Positions 9,555-21,220 of a stretch of 64,000 nucleotides of DNA are shown here, in pieces. The notes beneath the pieces were generated by a model. The model saw only the letters and a program-made list of their open reading frames with translations, did no database searches and was not told where the DNA came from. The stretch comes from an uncultured Acidobacteriota bacterium (GTDB lineage Bacteria; Acidobacteriota; Polarisedimenticolia; J045). The stretch covers positions 352,001 through 416,000 of the forward strand of contig CAVPCQ010000006.1 in assembly GCA_963702425.1 (NCBI GenBank), in the 5' to 3' direction. How positions within the stretch are numbered: the stretch's first letter is position 1; each line of letters begins with the position of its first letter. The position numbers and the translations under genes are program-made.

Positions 9555-9583
9555 ATTGTTGGGGGCACACCCCGGTGTGTCAA
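9555..9583 (-). promoter_or_regulatory. Sigma70-type promoter of tRNA-fMet copy 1 (TTGACA-17-AACAAT)
   Basis: Perfect -35 and 17-bp spacer; -10 has a T>A change relative to copy 2. Confidence 0.6.
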
Positions 9584-10019
9584 CTTCCGTGCCCGCCTGC
9601 TCCTACAATGCGCTGTCCGGCCGCGGTTTGGTCCGGCCGCCGGGGGACGCCACGCCACCGACCGGATCCAGCACATCCAGCACCGCTTCGGCCCTGGCGT
9701 CGCTCGCACTGCTGGGGATCGTCGTCGGTTCGGGCTGCGGGCGGGAGCGCTCCGCCGCGCAACCCGGGCGAGAGGTCGTGCTGAAGCGGGGCACCACGTT
9801 CGCCGTCCGGCTGCATGGTGACCTCCCCCGCGGGAGCGCGCGGGTCGGGCAGCCGGTCGAAGGCACCGTCCTCTCCGCGCTCGCTGGGGACGACGGCTCG
9901 ATCCCGTGCGCCGGCTGGACGGCGATCGGTACGGTCGCGCGGATCGACCCTCCGGCGCGGGGGGGGGCGACGGAGACGGCGCTGCTGCTCTTCCGCGAGC
10001 TGCGCTCCCCCCAAGGGCA

Positions 10020-10775
10020 ATCGAGGAGGGGCGCCTCGACGCCTCCGAGGCGCTGCGGGAGACGGCCCCGCCGACCCGCCGCCTGCTGCAGGGCCTGGTC
10101 TGGATCTTCGCGCTGGTCCTCGCCTATCCCTACCTGCCGGGCAGCGAATCCGCAGCGTTCAAGGGTGTTTCGGTGATGATGGGTGTCATCATCTCGCTCG
10201 GTTCGGCGGGAATCGTCGGCCAGTTGATGAGCGGGCTGGTGCTGATGTACTCGCGCGCCGTGCGCCCCGGCGACTACGTCCGGATCGGGAGCGTCGAGGG
10301 GACGGTCAGCGAGCTTTCGCTGCTCTCGACCAAGCTCCGGACCAACCGGCGCGAGGAGGTCACCATCCCCAACTCGGTCGTCGTCTCGGGGTCGACGACC
10401 AACTACCACCGGTACGCGGCGGAAGGGGTCTTGGCCGGGACGACGGTCACGATCGGTTACGACACCCCCTGGCGCCAGGTGCACTCGCTGCTGGCGCAGG
10501 CGGCGGACCGCACTCCCGGCCTGCGGCGGCCGCCCGACCCGCGCGTGCTGCAGACCGCGCTGGGGGATTTCTACGTCGAGTACACGCTCCTGGTCTGCAT
10601 CGAGCGGCCGGAGCTGCGGATCGTCACGCTGGCGACGCTGCACGAGAACATCCAGGACCTGTTCAACGAGTACGGGGTCCAGATCATGTCCCCGCACTAC
10701 GAGATGGACCCGGAGGGGAAGAAGGTGGTGCCGCAGGGCGAGTGGTTCGCCCCCCCGGCGAAGAAACCGGAGTGA
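10020..10775 (+). pseudogene. 5'-truncated copy of the MscS gene
   Basis: Identical C-terminal protein from IEEGRLDASE to KKPE; no native start. Confidence 0.85.
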
Positions 10776-10806
10776 GCCGCGGCGCGGTCCCGGGAGGACG
10801 GAATCG

Positions 10807-11433
10807 ATGACCCGCTGCGCCGGGTGCCGCCACCGGCTGGATGACGAGTCGGTCTGCCTGATCGCCTCGATGCACGGCTCGCTGCTGGGCGACGAGTACG
10901 TCGAGTCGTACTTCCGCTGCCCGCACTGCGGGACCTGCACCCTGTCGGTCGTGCGCGACCGGTTCGCGGGCGAGGAGGTCGTCGTGACCGAGGCGGCGGC
11001 TCTCTCCGAGGACGAGGCGGCGCGGCAGCTCGAGGCACCCCCTGCGCTCGCCGTCCTGAGGATCCCGCGGCTCGGCCTCGAGGTGCCGGTCTACGACGGC
11101 ACCACCGACGCCGTACTGGATCTCGCGGCGGGGCGGATCGACGGCACCGCGCTGCCCGGGACCTCGGGCAACGTCGGGATCGCGGCCCACCGCGACGGGT
11201 TCTTCCGGGTGCTCAAGGACATCAAGGCCGGCGACGCGCTGGTCCTCGAGACGCCGGCGGCGACCGAGAGTTACCGGGTGGAGTGGACCCGGATCACGAC
11301 GCCGGAGGATGTCAGCGTGATCGGCCCGACGGAAGGGGCAGCCGTGACGCTCGTCGGATGCTATCCGTTCTACCACGTGGGTCCGGCGCCGCAGCGGTTC
11401 ATCGTGCGGGCGGTGCCGGTGAAGAAGGGCTAG
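10807..11433 (+). CDS. In-frame fusion of the Cys-rich protein N-terminus and the sortase catalytic domain
   Basis: MTRCAGC...SEDEAAR joined to QLEAPPALAVLRIP...VKKG; product of the 413-bp deletion. Confidence 0.6.
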   Translation: MTRCAGCRHRLDDESVCLIASMHGSLLGDEYVESYFRCPHCGTCTLSVVRDRFAGEEVVVTEAAALSEDEAARQLEAPPALAVLRIPRLGLEVPVYDGTTDAVLDLAAGRIDGTALPGTSGNVGIAAHRDGFFRVLKDIKAGDALVLETPAATESYRVEWTRITTPEDVSVIGPTEGAAVTLVGCYPFYHVGPAPQRFIVRAVPVKKG

Positions 11434-11456
11434 CGCGCCGGGACAGGGAAAGAAAA

Positions 11457-11486
11457 CGGGCCGGGAGGCTTCCGCCTGCCGGCCCG
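11457..11486 (-). terminator. Terminator-like hairpin, homologous to 9385-9414
   Basis: GC stem followed by TTTTCTTT on the minus strand; lies between convergent genes. Confidence 0.7.
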
Positions 11487-11531
11487 ATCGTCACGCGCTC
11501 CGCAGATGCCGGGGCGGCTGAGTACACCTTG

Positions 11532-11885
11532 CTACGAGCTTTTCTCCTGTTCGCGGGTTGATGCCAGAGCCAGGAGCGCCGTAAGAACCCCATGCACGAT
11601 GACCGCTGGCCACAGCAGCAAGCCGGTTGAGCCGCCCGACAAACCGACAGAGGCGAGAACCAGCGTGACGGCCGCGCCGTAGATCAACATGCCGAGTCGC
11701 GGCGGTCCGGGCCAGCATGCGACCCCCAGTCCGATCAGGGCGATGCCGGCCACACGCGCCACGGTCGTCGCGATGCCGGTCAGTTCGGCGCCAAGCAGCA
11801 GTCGTCCGACCGCCGAAGGAGCGAGCAGCAACGCCGCCCCAGTCAGGGTTTCACAGACCGCAGCGAAAACGAGCACCCGCTTCAT
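11532..11885 (-). CDS. Small 4-TM hypothetical membrane protein
   Basis: 117-aa hydrophobic ORF with AAAGAG RBS, directly downstream of the sulfatase. Confidence 0.75.
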   Translation of the reverse strand: MKRVLVFAAVCETLTGAALLLAPSAVGRLLLGAELTGIATTVARVAGIALIGLGVACWPGPPRLGMLIYGAAVTLVLASVGLSGGSTGLLLWPAVIVHGVLTALLALASTREQEKSS

Positions 11886-11942
11886 CGCATCTCTTTCCAG
11901 TCCTCTCGCGCTCCCTACCCGGCCCGCAACAGCTTGAAGCCT

Positions 11943-14423
11943 CTACCGGCTCGCTGCCGCCTTGGGCTCCGGTTCGAGCTTGAAGGTCACCTTGTCGATC
12001 GTGCCGGTGAACTTGAACGGGCTGTCGTAGCGATACTCGAGCAGCGCGACGCCGGTGCGCGTGTCCAGGCCGACGTCGAAGGTCTCATCTTCCGGGAAGG
12101 TGATCGGGATGCCGTGTTCCATCGAATTCCTGGCCACTTCCTTGCCGTCCACGGAGAGCACGCCCGTTCCGCCCTTGCCCAGGCCCGGCCCATCGATCTT
12201 GTAGTCAAAGACGATCGTGTGCTTGCCAGCGCTCAGCTCGGGCCCTTCCCAGATCGTGCGCTTGAGGTCGAGCAGGTTGTAGAGGAAGACCACCTTGCCG
12301 CGGCCGACTCCGAACTCACCCTTGCTCAGGAAGAGTCCGTAGCCGCCGAAACGCCCGCCTTCGGTGACGATCATCCCTTCCGCGCCGCCGCTCGGGATCG
12401 TGACCTCGGCGGTGATCGTGTACGACTTGTTCAGGATGTTCGGCGCCGTGCTGCCCGGCACGCTGGCCAGGGGACCCGTGTACGTGAATGACGTCCGCCC
12501 CGCCGTCAGGCTCGGCTTCGGCGAATTCCAGCGCAGGAGTGTCGTATTGTCGAGCGGCAGTACGTTGTACTTCGCCGCCTCGAGGTAGAAGAGGTTCTGC
12601 AGCTGTTTGAGCTTGTCCGGCATCCTGGCCGCCAGGTCGTTGTTCTGGGTGGGATCCTCCATGACGTTGTAGAGCTCCCACCGGTACCCGGTGATCACAT
12701 CCGGCGCCGGCGCCGTGCTCAACACCCACGGGATCGTCACCGGGGTCGTGGCCGCCACCCAGCCGTCGTGATAGACGGAGCGGTTGCCGAGCATCTCGAA
12801 GTACTGCGTGGTGTGCCGCGTCGGGGCGTTGGCGGCAGCTTTGTCCCAGGTGTAGGCCATGCTCACGCCCTCGATCGGCAACTGCTTGATGCCGTTGATC
12901 GTGTCGGGCGCCGGGATGCCGCTCGCCTCGAGGATGGTCGGCACGATGTCGATGACGTGGTGGAATTGGCGGCGGATGCCACCCGGGTCGTTGATGTGGC
13001 CGGGCCACGACATGGCCACGCCCTGCGCCGTACCGCCAAAGTGCGACGGCACCTGCTTCATCCACTTGAACGGCGTGTCCATCGCCCACGCCCAGCCCGC
13101 CGCAAAGTGCGGGAAGGTCCGCTCCGAGCCCCAGAACTCGTACCAGAGGAACTGATCCTTGACCGGGACCTCGATGCCGTTGAAGGTGGTGAATTCGTTC
13201 GGAGTGCCGTTGACCATGCCTTCCGCGCTGGCACCGTTGTCACCGCTGATGTAGATGATCAAGGTGTTGTCGAGCTGGCCGAGATTTTCGACCGCCTGTA
13301 TGACGCGGCCGATCTCATGATCGGTGTAGGCCTGGTACGCCGCGTAGACCTCCATCTGCTTGATGAAGAGCTTCTTTTCGAACAACCCAAGCGAGTCCCA
13401 CCGGGGCAGCTTCGCGCCGCCGAAGGCTTCCTGTCCGTCAGGCCACGGCGTCAGCTGCGCGTTCGCCGGCATGATTCCGAGACGCTTCTGGTTGGCGAAA
13501 ATGGTCTCTCGCAACTTCTCCCAGCCGTCGTCGAAGAGATGCATGGCGCTGATCTTGTCGATCCACTCCTTCGTCGGATGATGCGGCGCGTGGGTGCCGC
13601 CCGGCACGTAGTAAACGAAGAACGGCTTCTCGGGCGCGAGCTCCTTCAACTGCCTCATGTACTGGATCGCCTCGTCGGCCATGGCCGTGGTCAGGTTCCA
13701 GCCCGGGTTGCCCTCGAACGGATAGATCGGCGTCGTGTTGCGGAACAGGTTCGGCTGCCACTGGCTGGCGTCGCCGCCGACGAAGCCGTAGAAGTACTCG
13801 AAGCCCATGCCGTTGGGCCACTGCTCGAAGGGCCCGGCCTGGCTATTGGCGAAGAAGGGCGTGTTGTGGTCCTTGCCGAACCACGAGGTGGCGTAGCCGT
13901 TGTCTCTGAGGATCGTGCCGATGGTGCCCTTCTCGATCGGGATGATCGAGTCGTAGCCCGGGAACCCCGTCGCTATCTCGCCCACGACCCCGAAGCCCAC
14001 TGAGTGATGGTTGCGTCCGGTGATGATCGCCGCCCGCGTCGGTGAGCAGAGCGAAGTGGAGTGAAAGTTCGTATACCGCACCCCGCTCTTGGCGATGCGA
14101 TCCAGGGCCGGGGTCGGGATCACGCCGCCGAAGGTGCTCGGCGCTCCAAAGCCGTCGTCGTCGGTCATGATCAGCAGCACGTTCGGCGCGCCTTTCGGCG
14201 GCACGACGCGCGGTGGCCACCAGGCTTTCGACTCCGTGGCCTTCTCTTTGATCACTCCGCCGAACTTCGGATCGGGTGGCGGAAGCTGCTTGCCGTCCAG
14301 CGATGTCGTGGCGCTGGGTGAGCCCGGCACGCCGGTCACTTGCTGCGCGATGCAGCGCGAAGAACAGGATGCAACGGCGACAGCGGAAACCGCCATGGCG
14401 ACAACCAGCTGGACGAATCTCAT
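11943..14423 (-). CDS. Arylsulfatase (Cys-type, formylglycine-dependent), exported
   Basis: PNVLLIMTDD, LCSPTRAAIITGR (CxPxR), FGKDH, SGDNG; signal peptide; GGGAGG RBS. Confidence 0.95.
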   Translation of the reverse strand: MRFVQLVVAMAVSAVAVASCSSRCIAQQVTGVPGSPSATTSLDGKQLPPPDPKFGGVIKEKATESKAWWPPRVVPPKGAPNVLLIMTDDDGFGAPSTFGGVIPTPALDRIAKSGVRYTNFHSTSLCSPTRAAIITGRNHHSVGFGVVGEIATGFPGYDSIIPIEKGTIGTILRDNGYATSWFGKDHNTPFFANSQAGPFEQWPNGMGFEYFYGFVGGDASQWQPNLFRNTTPIYPFEGNPGWNLTTAMADEAIQYMRQLKELAPEKPFFVYYVPGGTHAPHHPTKEWIDKISAMHLFDDGWEKLRETIFANQKRLGIMPANAQLTPWPDGQEAFGGAKLPRWDSLGLFEKKLFIKQMEVYAAYQAYTDHEIGRVIQAVENLGQLDNTLIIYISGDNGASAEGMVNGTPNEFTTFNGIEVPVKDQFLWYEFWGSERTFPHFAAGWAWAMDTPFKWMKQVPSHFGGTAQGVAMSWPGHINDPGGIRRQFHHVIDIVPTILEASGIPAPDTINGIKQLPIEGVSMAYTWDKAAANAPTRHTTQYFEMLGNRSVYHDGWVAATTPVTIPWVLSTAPAPDVITGYRWELYNVMEDPTQNNDLAARMPDKLKQLQNLFYLEAAKYNVLPLDNTTLLRWNSPKPSLTAGRTSFTYTGPLASVPGSTAPNILNKSYTITAEVTIPSGGAEGMIVTEGGRFGGYGLFLSKGEFGVGRGKVVFLYNLLDLKRTIWEGPELSAGKHTIVFDYKIDGPGLGKGGTGVLSVDGKEVARNSMEHGIPITFPEDETFDVGLDTRTGVALLEYRYDSPFKFTGTIDKVTFKLEPEPKAAASR

Positions 14424-14728
14424 CTGTTGCCCCTCCCGTTCGATGTGAATATGTCGGTCACGGCGGCAGGCGGTATGGCGCGGTATTGGCCGCACTGCGG
14501 CACAGCCTCAGGATACCACCGGCGGGCGGATTCGGGGCGGAGTCGGGACCGCATGCGTCACAGCGCCCGCCACGGCGCCGGCTGGACGATCCCGCGTTCC
14601 CTGCGGGCCGGAGGCGCTCGGAACCCGGCACACCTCTCCCGGCTGGCCCTCGAACTGGTGGTCGAGAGGATCGACCTGAAGCCGCTCGACGGGGACTGGC
14701 AGTACGGCCGGCTGCTCCAAATAAAGAC

Positions 14729-14761
14729 TCGCCCTTGGGCCGTTGCGGTGCCCAAGGGCGA
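14729..14761. terminator. Hairpin immediately 3' of tRNA-fMet copy 2
   Basis: TCGCCCTTGGGC...GCCCAAGGGCGA 12-bp stem. Confidence 0.55.
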
Positions 14762-14776
14762 AGTCGCGCGTTCTTT

Positions 14777-14853
<77 letters not shown>

Positions 14854-14875
14854 TCAAGTCGTTCAAAGCGGCGGG

Positions 14876-14904
14876 ATTGTAGGGGGCACACCCCGGCGTG
14901 TCAA
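14876..14904 (-). promoter_or_regulatory. Sigma70 promoter of tRNA-fMet copy 2 (TTGACA-17-TACAAT)
   Basis: Near-consensus -35/-10 with 17-bp spacer and GC-rich discriminator. Confidence 0.85.
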
Positions 14905-15542
14905 CTTCCGTGCCCGCCTGCTCCTACAATGCGCTGTCCGGCCGCGGTTTGGTCCGGCCGCCGGGGGACGCCACGCGACCGACCGGATCCAGCACATCCT
15001 GCACCGCTTCGGCCCTGGCGTCGCTCGCACTGCTGGGGATCGTCGTCGGTTCGGGCTGCGGGCGGGAGCGCTCCGCCGCGCAACCCGGGCGAGAGGTCGT
15101 GCTGAAGCGGGGCACCACGTTCGCCGTCCGGCTGCATGGTGACCTCCCCCGCGGGAGCGCGCGGGTCGGACAGCCGGTCGAAGGCACGGTCCTCTCCGCG
15201 CTCGCTGGGGACGACGGCTCGATCCCCTGCACCGGCTGGACGGCGATCGGTACGGTCGCGCGGATCGACCCTCCGGCGCGGGGGGAGTCGATAGAGACGG
15301 CGCTGCTGCTCTTCCGCGAGCTGCGCTCCCCCGAAGGGCAGACGATCGGGATCCGCGCCGAGGCGACGCTCGTGCCGCAGCGGGCGGCGAGCCGTTCGCT
15401 CGGGATCGTCGCCGGCGGCGCGGTGGCCGGCGCCATCCTCGACCGGGAACTCGACAAGTCGGGCCGTCCGCCTCCCGGGCCGGGTCCCGAGCTCGTCGCG
15501 CGCCTCGTCGTCGAACTGCGGCTTCCGCGGACCGGCTACTGA
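14898..15542 (+). CDS. Hypothetical lipoprotein with TrbI/VirB10-like beta domain, ending in LPRTGY (true start probably downstream of 14898)
   Basis: LALLGIVVGSGC lipobox-like; VLKRGTTFAVRL...VGQPVEGTV pattern; glycine-zipper GGAVAGA. Confidence 0.6.
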   Translation: MSTSVPACSYNALSGRGLVRPPGDATRPTGSSTSCTASALASLALLGIVVGSGCGRERSAAQPGREVVLKRGTTFAVRLHGDLPRGSARVGQPVEGTVLSALAGDDGSIPCTGWTAIGTVARIDPPARGESIETALLLFRELRSPEGQTIGIRAEATLVPQRAASRSLGIVAGGAVAGAILDRELDKSGRPPPGPGPELVARLVVELRLPRTGY

Positions 15543-15555
15543 GCGCGCCCCGCGG

Positions 15556-16008
15556 TCACTTCGCGGTCGAGGCGGCGGCCGGCGAGGCCAGCACGGAACC
15601 TCCCGCGGCGGGAGCGGCCGGCTTCGGCTTCTTCCGGTTCTCGGGGGCCAGCGGATCGTCCTCGCCGGTGATCAGCACGATCTCCCCGCGCCGCTGGTAG
15701 TCGAGCCGGCGCCGGATCTCCTGCTCGATCCGCAGGTCGTCGCTGCGCAGCGCCTCGACCTCCTGCCGGATCCCGTCGTTGACCGCGCGCTCGGCGGCCA
15801 GCCGGGCGCGCAGCGCGTCCCGCTGCTGCAGCCGCTCGTACTGCCGGAACAGCCCCTCCGAGCCGAACAGCGCGTAGATCCAGCCCAGCGCTGCGAGCAG
15901 GAAGACAGCCCAGCGCAGCGCGGTGACGCGCAGCGCCCGCTCGCGCTTCGCCGCCGCCGCCCCGCGGGCCGCCCTTCGCCTGCCGGGCTTCTCTCCTGCC
16001 CCCGCCAT
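15556..16008 (-). CDS. ftsB: Septum formation initiator FtsB/DivIC
   Basis: TM helix, FGSEG, coiled coil, IEQEIRRRLDYQRRGE; conserved position downstream of eno. Confidence 0.85.
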   Translation of the reverse strand: MAGAGEKPGRRRAARGAAAAKRERALRVTALRWAVFLLAALGWIYALFGSEGLFRQYERLQQRDALRARLAAERAVNDGIRQEVEALRSDDLRIEQEIRRRLDYQRRGEIVLITGEDDPLAPENRKKPKPAAPAAGGSVLASPAAASTAK

Positions 16009-16015
16009 CGCCCCG

Positions 16016-17747
<1,732 letters not shown>

Positions 17748-17751
<4 letters not shown>

Positions 17752-19418
17752 TCCGAGGCGCGCGACGGAGCGCCGCGGCCTGCGCGATCGCGGCCGTGCT
17801 GCCGGTGCTGGCCGGAGAGACCGAGCCGCCGTCGGCGGTCCCGCCCGCACCGCCCGATCCGGCGGCGCTCTGCGCCCCGGGGACCGTGATCGGCGCGATC
17901 GACGTCGTGTGCGTCAACGTCTTCGACACCAGCCTCCCGGCCGAGAACAAGTGGGTCTACCGGGCCGCGAACTGGGTCCACTCGATCAACCTGACCCGCG
18001 AGTCGCGGGTGCGAAGCCTGCTGATCCTCCGCCCGGGGGAGCCCTGCGACCTCGAGCGGCTGGCCGAGGCCGAGCGCGAGCTGCGGAACCTCCCGTTCCT
18101 CTCCGACGCCTGGATCGAGCCGATCGCCCGCGAGGGGAACGACGTCCGGGTCAAGGTCCGGGTCCGCGATTCCTGGTCGACGCGGATCGGGATCTCCGCC
18201 GGAGTCGCCGGCGGCGCGGGAGAGGCGAGCTTCCGGATCGTCGAGCGGAACCTGCTCGGAACCGGGGTCGGGCTGGGCTGGCGCTACGAGAAGGACATCG
18301 ACCGGACGCTGCGGACCTTCGATCTGTACGCCCCGGCCCTGACCCGCCAGCGCTGGCAGGTCGACGCGCTCTACAGCGACAACTCCGACGGCTACCAGCG
18401 TACGCTGGTTGTTTCGCGCCCGTTCTTCTCGCTCGACACCCCGTGGAACAGCGTGGCCTCGTACGACCGTCAGCAGCTGGAGCAGAAGGTCTACTCGAAC
18501 GGCGAGGAGGTCGACCTGTGGCGCGAGAACTACCAGGGGGCCAGGGCGATGGTCGGCTGGGCCCGCCCGCGGGACCGGAACGGGAGCGTCCTGCGCTGGT
18601 CGGGGGGGGTGCGGCAGCTGGTCGAGGAGTGGGAGCGGGTCGATCCGGCGCGGCCCGTCGTCGTGCCCGAGATCGTGCCGCCGGACGCCGACGCGTGGCT
18701 GGTGGAGGCGGGGGTCGAGTGGATCCTGCCGCGCTTCGTCCGGACGACCTTCCTGGACTCGGGGCGCCGGATCGAGGACGTCGACCTCTCGACGCACGTC
18801 CTGCTGTCGGCCGGCCGCTCCGTCGCCGGCCCGAGCGAGTCCCGGGCCTTCGAGCTGGAGGCCGCCGCCTCGACCGGGTTCGCGTTCGGGCAGAAGAACA
18901 CCCTCCTGATCCAGGTCGCGCAGATCGTCCGGATGTCGGGCGGCGACTGGTACGACGTCATCACCACGCTCGGGGCCCAGTACTACCTCAAGCCCGCCGC
19001 GCTGCACACGACCTTCCTGTCCTTCACGGCCTCCCACGGCAACGACCTCCCGAGCACCTCGCAGTTCCTGCTCGGCGCCGAAAACGGCCTGCGCGGCTAC
19101 GCCGCGCGCCAGTTCGACGGCGACCGGATGCTGCTGCTGCAGGCCGAGCACCGGATCTTTCTGTCCCGCGAGTGGCTGCGCCTGGTCCGGCTGGCCTTCG
19201 TCGGCTTCGTCGACGTCGGGGCGGCCTGGGACTCGGCGAAACGACTCTCGTGGAGCGATCTGCGGCCCGACGCGGGGCTCGGCGTGCGGATCTCCCTGCT
19301 GCGCGGGACCAAGGGGGCGGGACTCGCCGCCTATGCCGGGTACCCCCTGAACCGCTCCGGGCTCCCCGCGGACGAGGACGGCTGGCAGTTCACCGTCTTC
19401 ACCTTCACCGGATTCTGA
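17748..19418 (+). CDS. Omp85/BamA-TamA family outer-membrane protein
   Basis: POTRA-like segment, ERNLLGTG, LGAENGLRGY, C-terminal Phe; GTGA overlap with cutA. Confidence 0.85.
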
Positions 19419-19421
19419 TTC

Positions 19422-19451
19422 TTGACAGGGCGCCGACCCAAACCCTAGACT
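19422..19451 (+). promoter_or_regulatory. Putative sigma70 promoter of rho (TTGACA-18-TAGACT)
   Basis: Consensus -35 and near-consensus -10 upstream of rho. Confidence 0.6.
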
Positions 19452-19562
19452 CCTCGGGCTTTTCCCCAGCGGCACAGGATGCCCCGCGGCGCACCGCCGC
19501 CGGGCAGCCCCGCCAGCGACCCCCCCGAGCCATCCCCCCCGGCCAACAGTGCGAGACCACCC

Positions 19563-20870
19563 ATGGGCATGAGCGCCACGAACGGTGGCCCGACCGGCAG
19601 CGATCGGACGGAAGCCCATTCGCTGAACGCGCTGAACAAGATGCGCGCCGATCAGCTCCAGGTGGTGGCCCGCGAGCTCGCGATGACCGGAACCACCGGG
19701 CTGCGTAAGCCGGACCTGATCTTCGAGATCCTGCGGGCCCAGACCGAGCGCCGGGGGCTGGTCTTCGCGGAGGGGGTGCTGGAAGCGCTGGACGAAGGCT
19801 ACGGCTTCCTGCGCTCGGCGGAGAACAGCTACCTCCCGGGCCCCGACGACATCTACGTCTCCCCGTCCCAGATCAACCGCTTCCTGCTCCAGACCGGCGA
19901 CACGGTCGCGGGACAGGTCCGCCCGCCGAAGGAGGACGAGAAGTTCTTCGCCCTGATCAAGGTCGAGGCGATCAACGGCGCCGATCCCGAGAAGTCGCGC
20001 GAGCGGATCTTCTTCGAGAACCTCGTCCCGCTCTACCCGCTGGAGCAGATCCGGCTCGAGACGGAGCCGGAGAACCTGACCGGGCGAGTGATGGACCTGC
20101 TGACGCCGGTGGGCAAGGGGCAGCGCGGCCTGATCGTCGCCGCGCCGCGCACCGGCAAGACGATGCTGCTGCAGTCGATCGCCAACTCGATCACCGCGAA
20201 CCACCCCGAGGTCGTGCTGATCATCCTGCTGATCGACGAGCGGCCCGAGGAAGTCACAGACGTGCTGCGGGCGGTCAAGGCGGAGGTGATCGCCTCGACC
20301 TTCGACGAGCCGGCGACGCGCCACGTCCAGGTCGCCGAGATGGTGATCGAGCGCGCCCGGCGCCTGGTCGAATACGGGCGCGACGTGGTCATCCTGCTCG
20401 ACTCGATCACCCGGCTGGCGCGGGCCTACAACAACGTCCAGCCCTCGTCCGGCAAGGTCCTCTCGGGCGGGCTCGACAGCAACGCGCTGCAGCGCCCCAA
20501 GCGCTTCTTCGGCGCCGCGCGCCACCTGGAGGAGGGGGGCTCGCTGACGATCATCGCCACCGCCCTGGTCGACACCGGATCGCGGATGGACGAGGTGATC
20601 TTCGAAGAGTTCAAGGGGACCGGCAACATGGAGCTGCACCTCGACCGGCGGCTGGCCGACCGGCGCGTCTTCCCGGCTTTCGACATCACGCGCTCGGGGA
20701 CGCGCAAGGAGGAGCTGCTGCTCGACCCGGACACGCTCAACGCGGTCTGGATCCTCAGGAAGGTGCTGGCACAGATGAACGGCACGGAGGCGCTCGAGCT
20801 GCTGCTCGACCGTCTCTCGAAGACGAACGACAACGCGGATTTCATCCGCATGATGCGCGAAGGCGCCTGA
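19563..20870 (+). CDS. rho: Transcription termination factor Rho (start uncertain: 19479, 19563 or 19569)
   Basis: [45 protein letters not shown]. Confidence 0.99.
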   Translation: MGMSATNGGPTGSDRTEAHSLNALNKMRADQLQVVARELAMTGTTGLRKPDLIFEILRAQTERRGLVFAEGVLEALDEGYGFLRSAENSYLPGPDDIYVSPSQINRFLLQTGDTVAGQVRPPKEDEKFFALIKVEAINGADPEKSRERIFFENLVPLYPLEQIRLETEPENLTGRVMDLLTPVGKGQRGLIVAAPRTGKTMLLQSIANSITANHPEVVLIILLIDERPEEVTDVLRAVKAEVIASTFDEPATRHVQVAEMVIERARRLVEYGRDVVILLDSITRLARAYNNVQPSSGKVLSGGLDSNALQRPKRFFGAARHLEEGGSLTIIATALVDTGSRMDEVIFEEFKGTGNMELHLDRRLADRRVFPAFDITRSGTRKEELLLDPDTLNAVWILRKVLAQMNGTEALELLLDRLSKTNDNADFIRMMREGA

Positions 20871-20893
20871 CGCCCGCGCCACCGGAGGGGACC

Positions 20894-21202
20894 TTGGGGA
20901 ACAAGCCGATCGAGAAGGCACTGGACGTGATCAGCAATCGGTTTCTGCTGACGACCGTGGTCGCGCGCCGCTGGGAGAACATCGTCGCCGGAGCCCCGCC
21001 GCTGATCGCGACGAAGAGCGGCGAGTCGAAGCTGGCGGTCGTGCTGGAGGAGGTGATCGACGGCTGCGTCACCGTCGACCCCGAGACCCGCGAGATCCGT
21101 CTGCACGGCGCGCCGCTGATCGACGACAACCAGGAAGCGCTCTTCTCCGAGCCGATCGAACCGGAGGCCGCGCCGCCCGCCCCGAAGGGGCGCGAGCGCT
21201 AG
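20894..21202 (+). CDS. rpoZ: RNA polymerase omega subunit
   Basis: [21 protein letters not shown]...VVLEEV; GGAGG RBS before TTG. Confidence 0.8.
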   Translation: MGNKPIEKALDVISNRFLLTTVVARRWENIVAGAPPLIATKSGESKLAVVLEEVIDGCVTVDPETREIRLHGAPLIDDNQEALFSEPIEPEAAPPAPKGRER

Positions 21203-21220
21203 CCGCTCCGCCGCCGCACC

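Larger units (their letters stand above)
10020..11433 (+). repeat. Direct repeat of 6258-8084 with an internal 413-bp deletion
   Basis: 10020-11026 matches 6258-7264; 11015-11433 matches 7666-8084; joined at the 12-bp microhomology AGGCGGCGCGGC. Confidence 0.95.
11488..14776. mobile_element. Putative islet inserted at the 3' end of tRNA-fMet copy 2
   Basis: Lies between the tRNA 3' end and the terminator that sits about 40 bp from the tRNA in copy 1; visibly less GC-extreme; no intact integrase. Confidence 0.55.

Noticed and set aside
10020-11433. Diversity-generating retroelement template/variable repeat pair
   Set aside because: Differences are few, not adenine-specific, and there is no reverse transcriptase in the window
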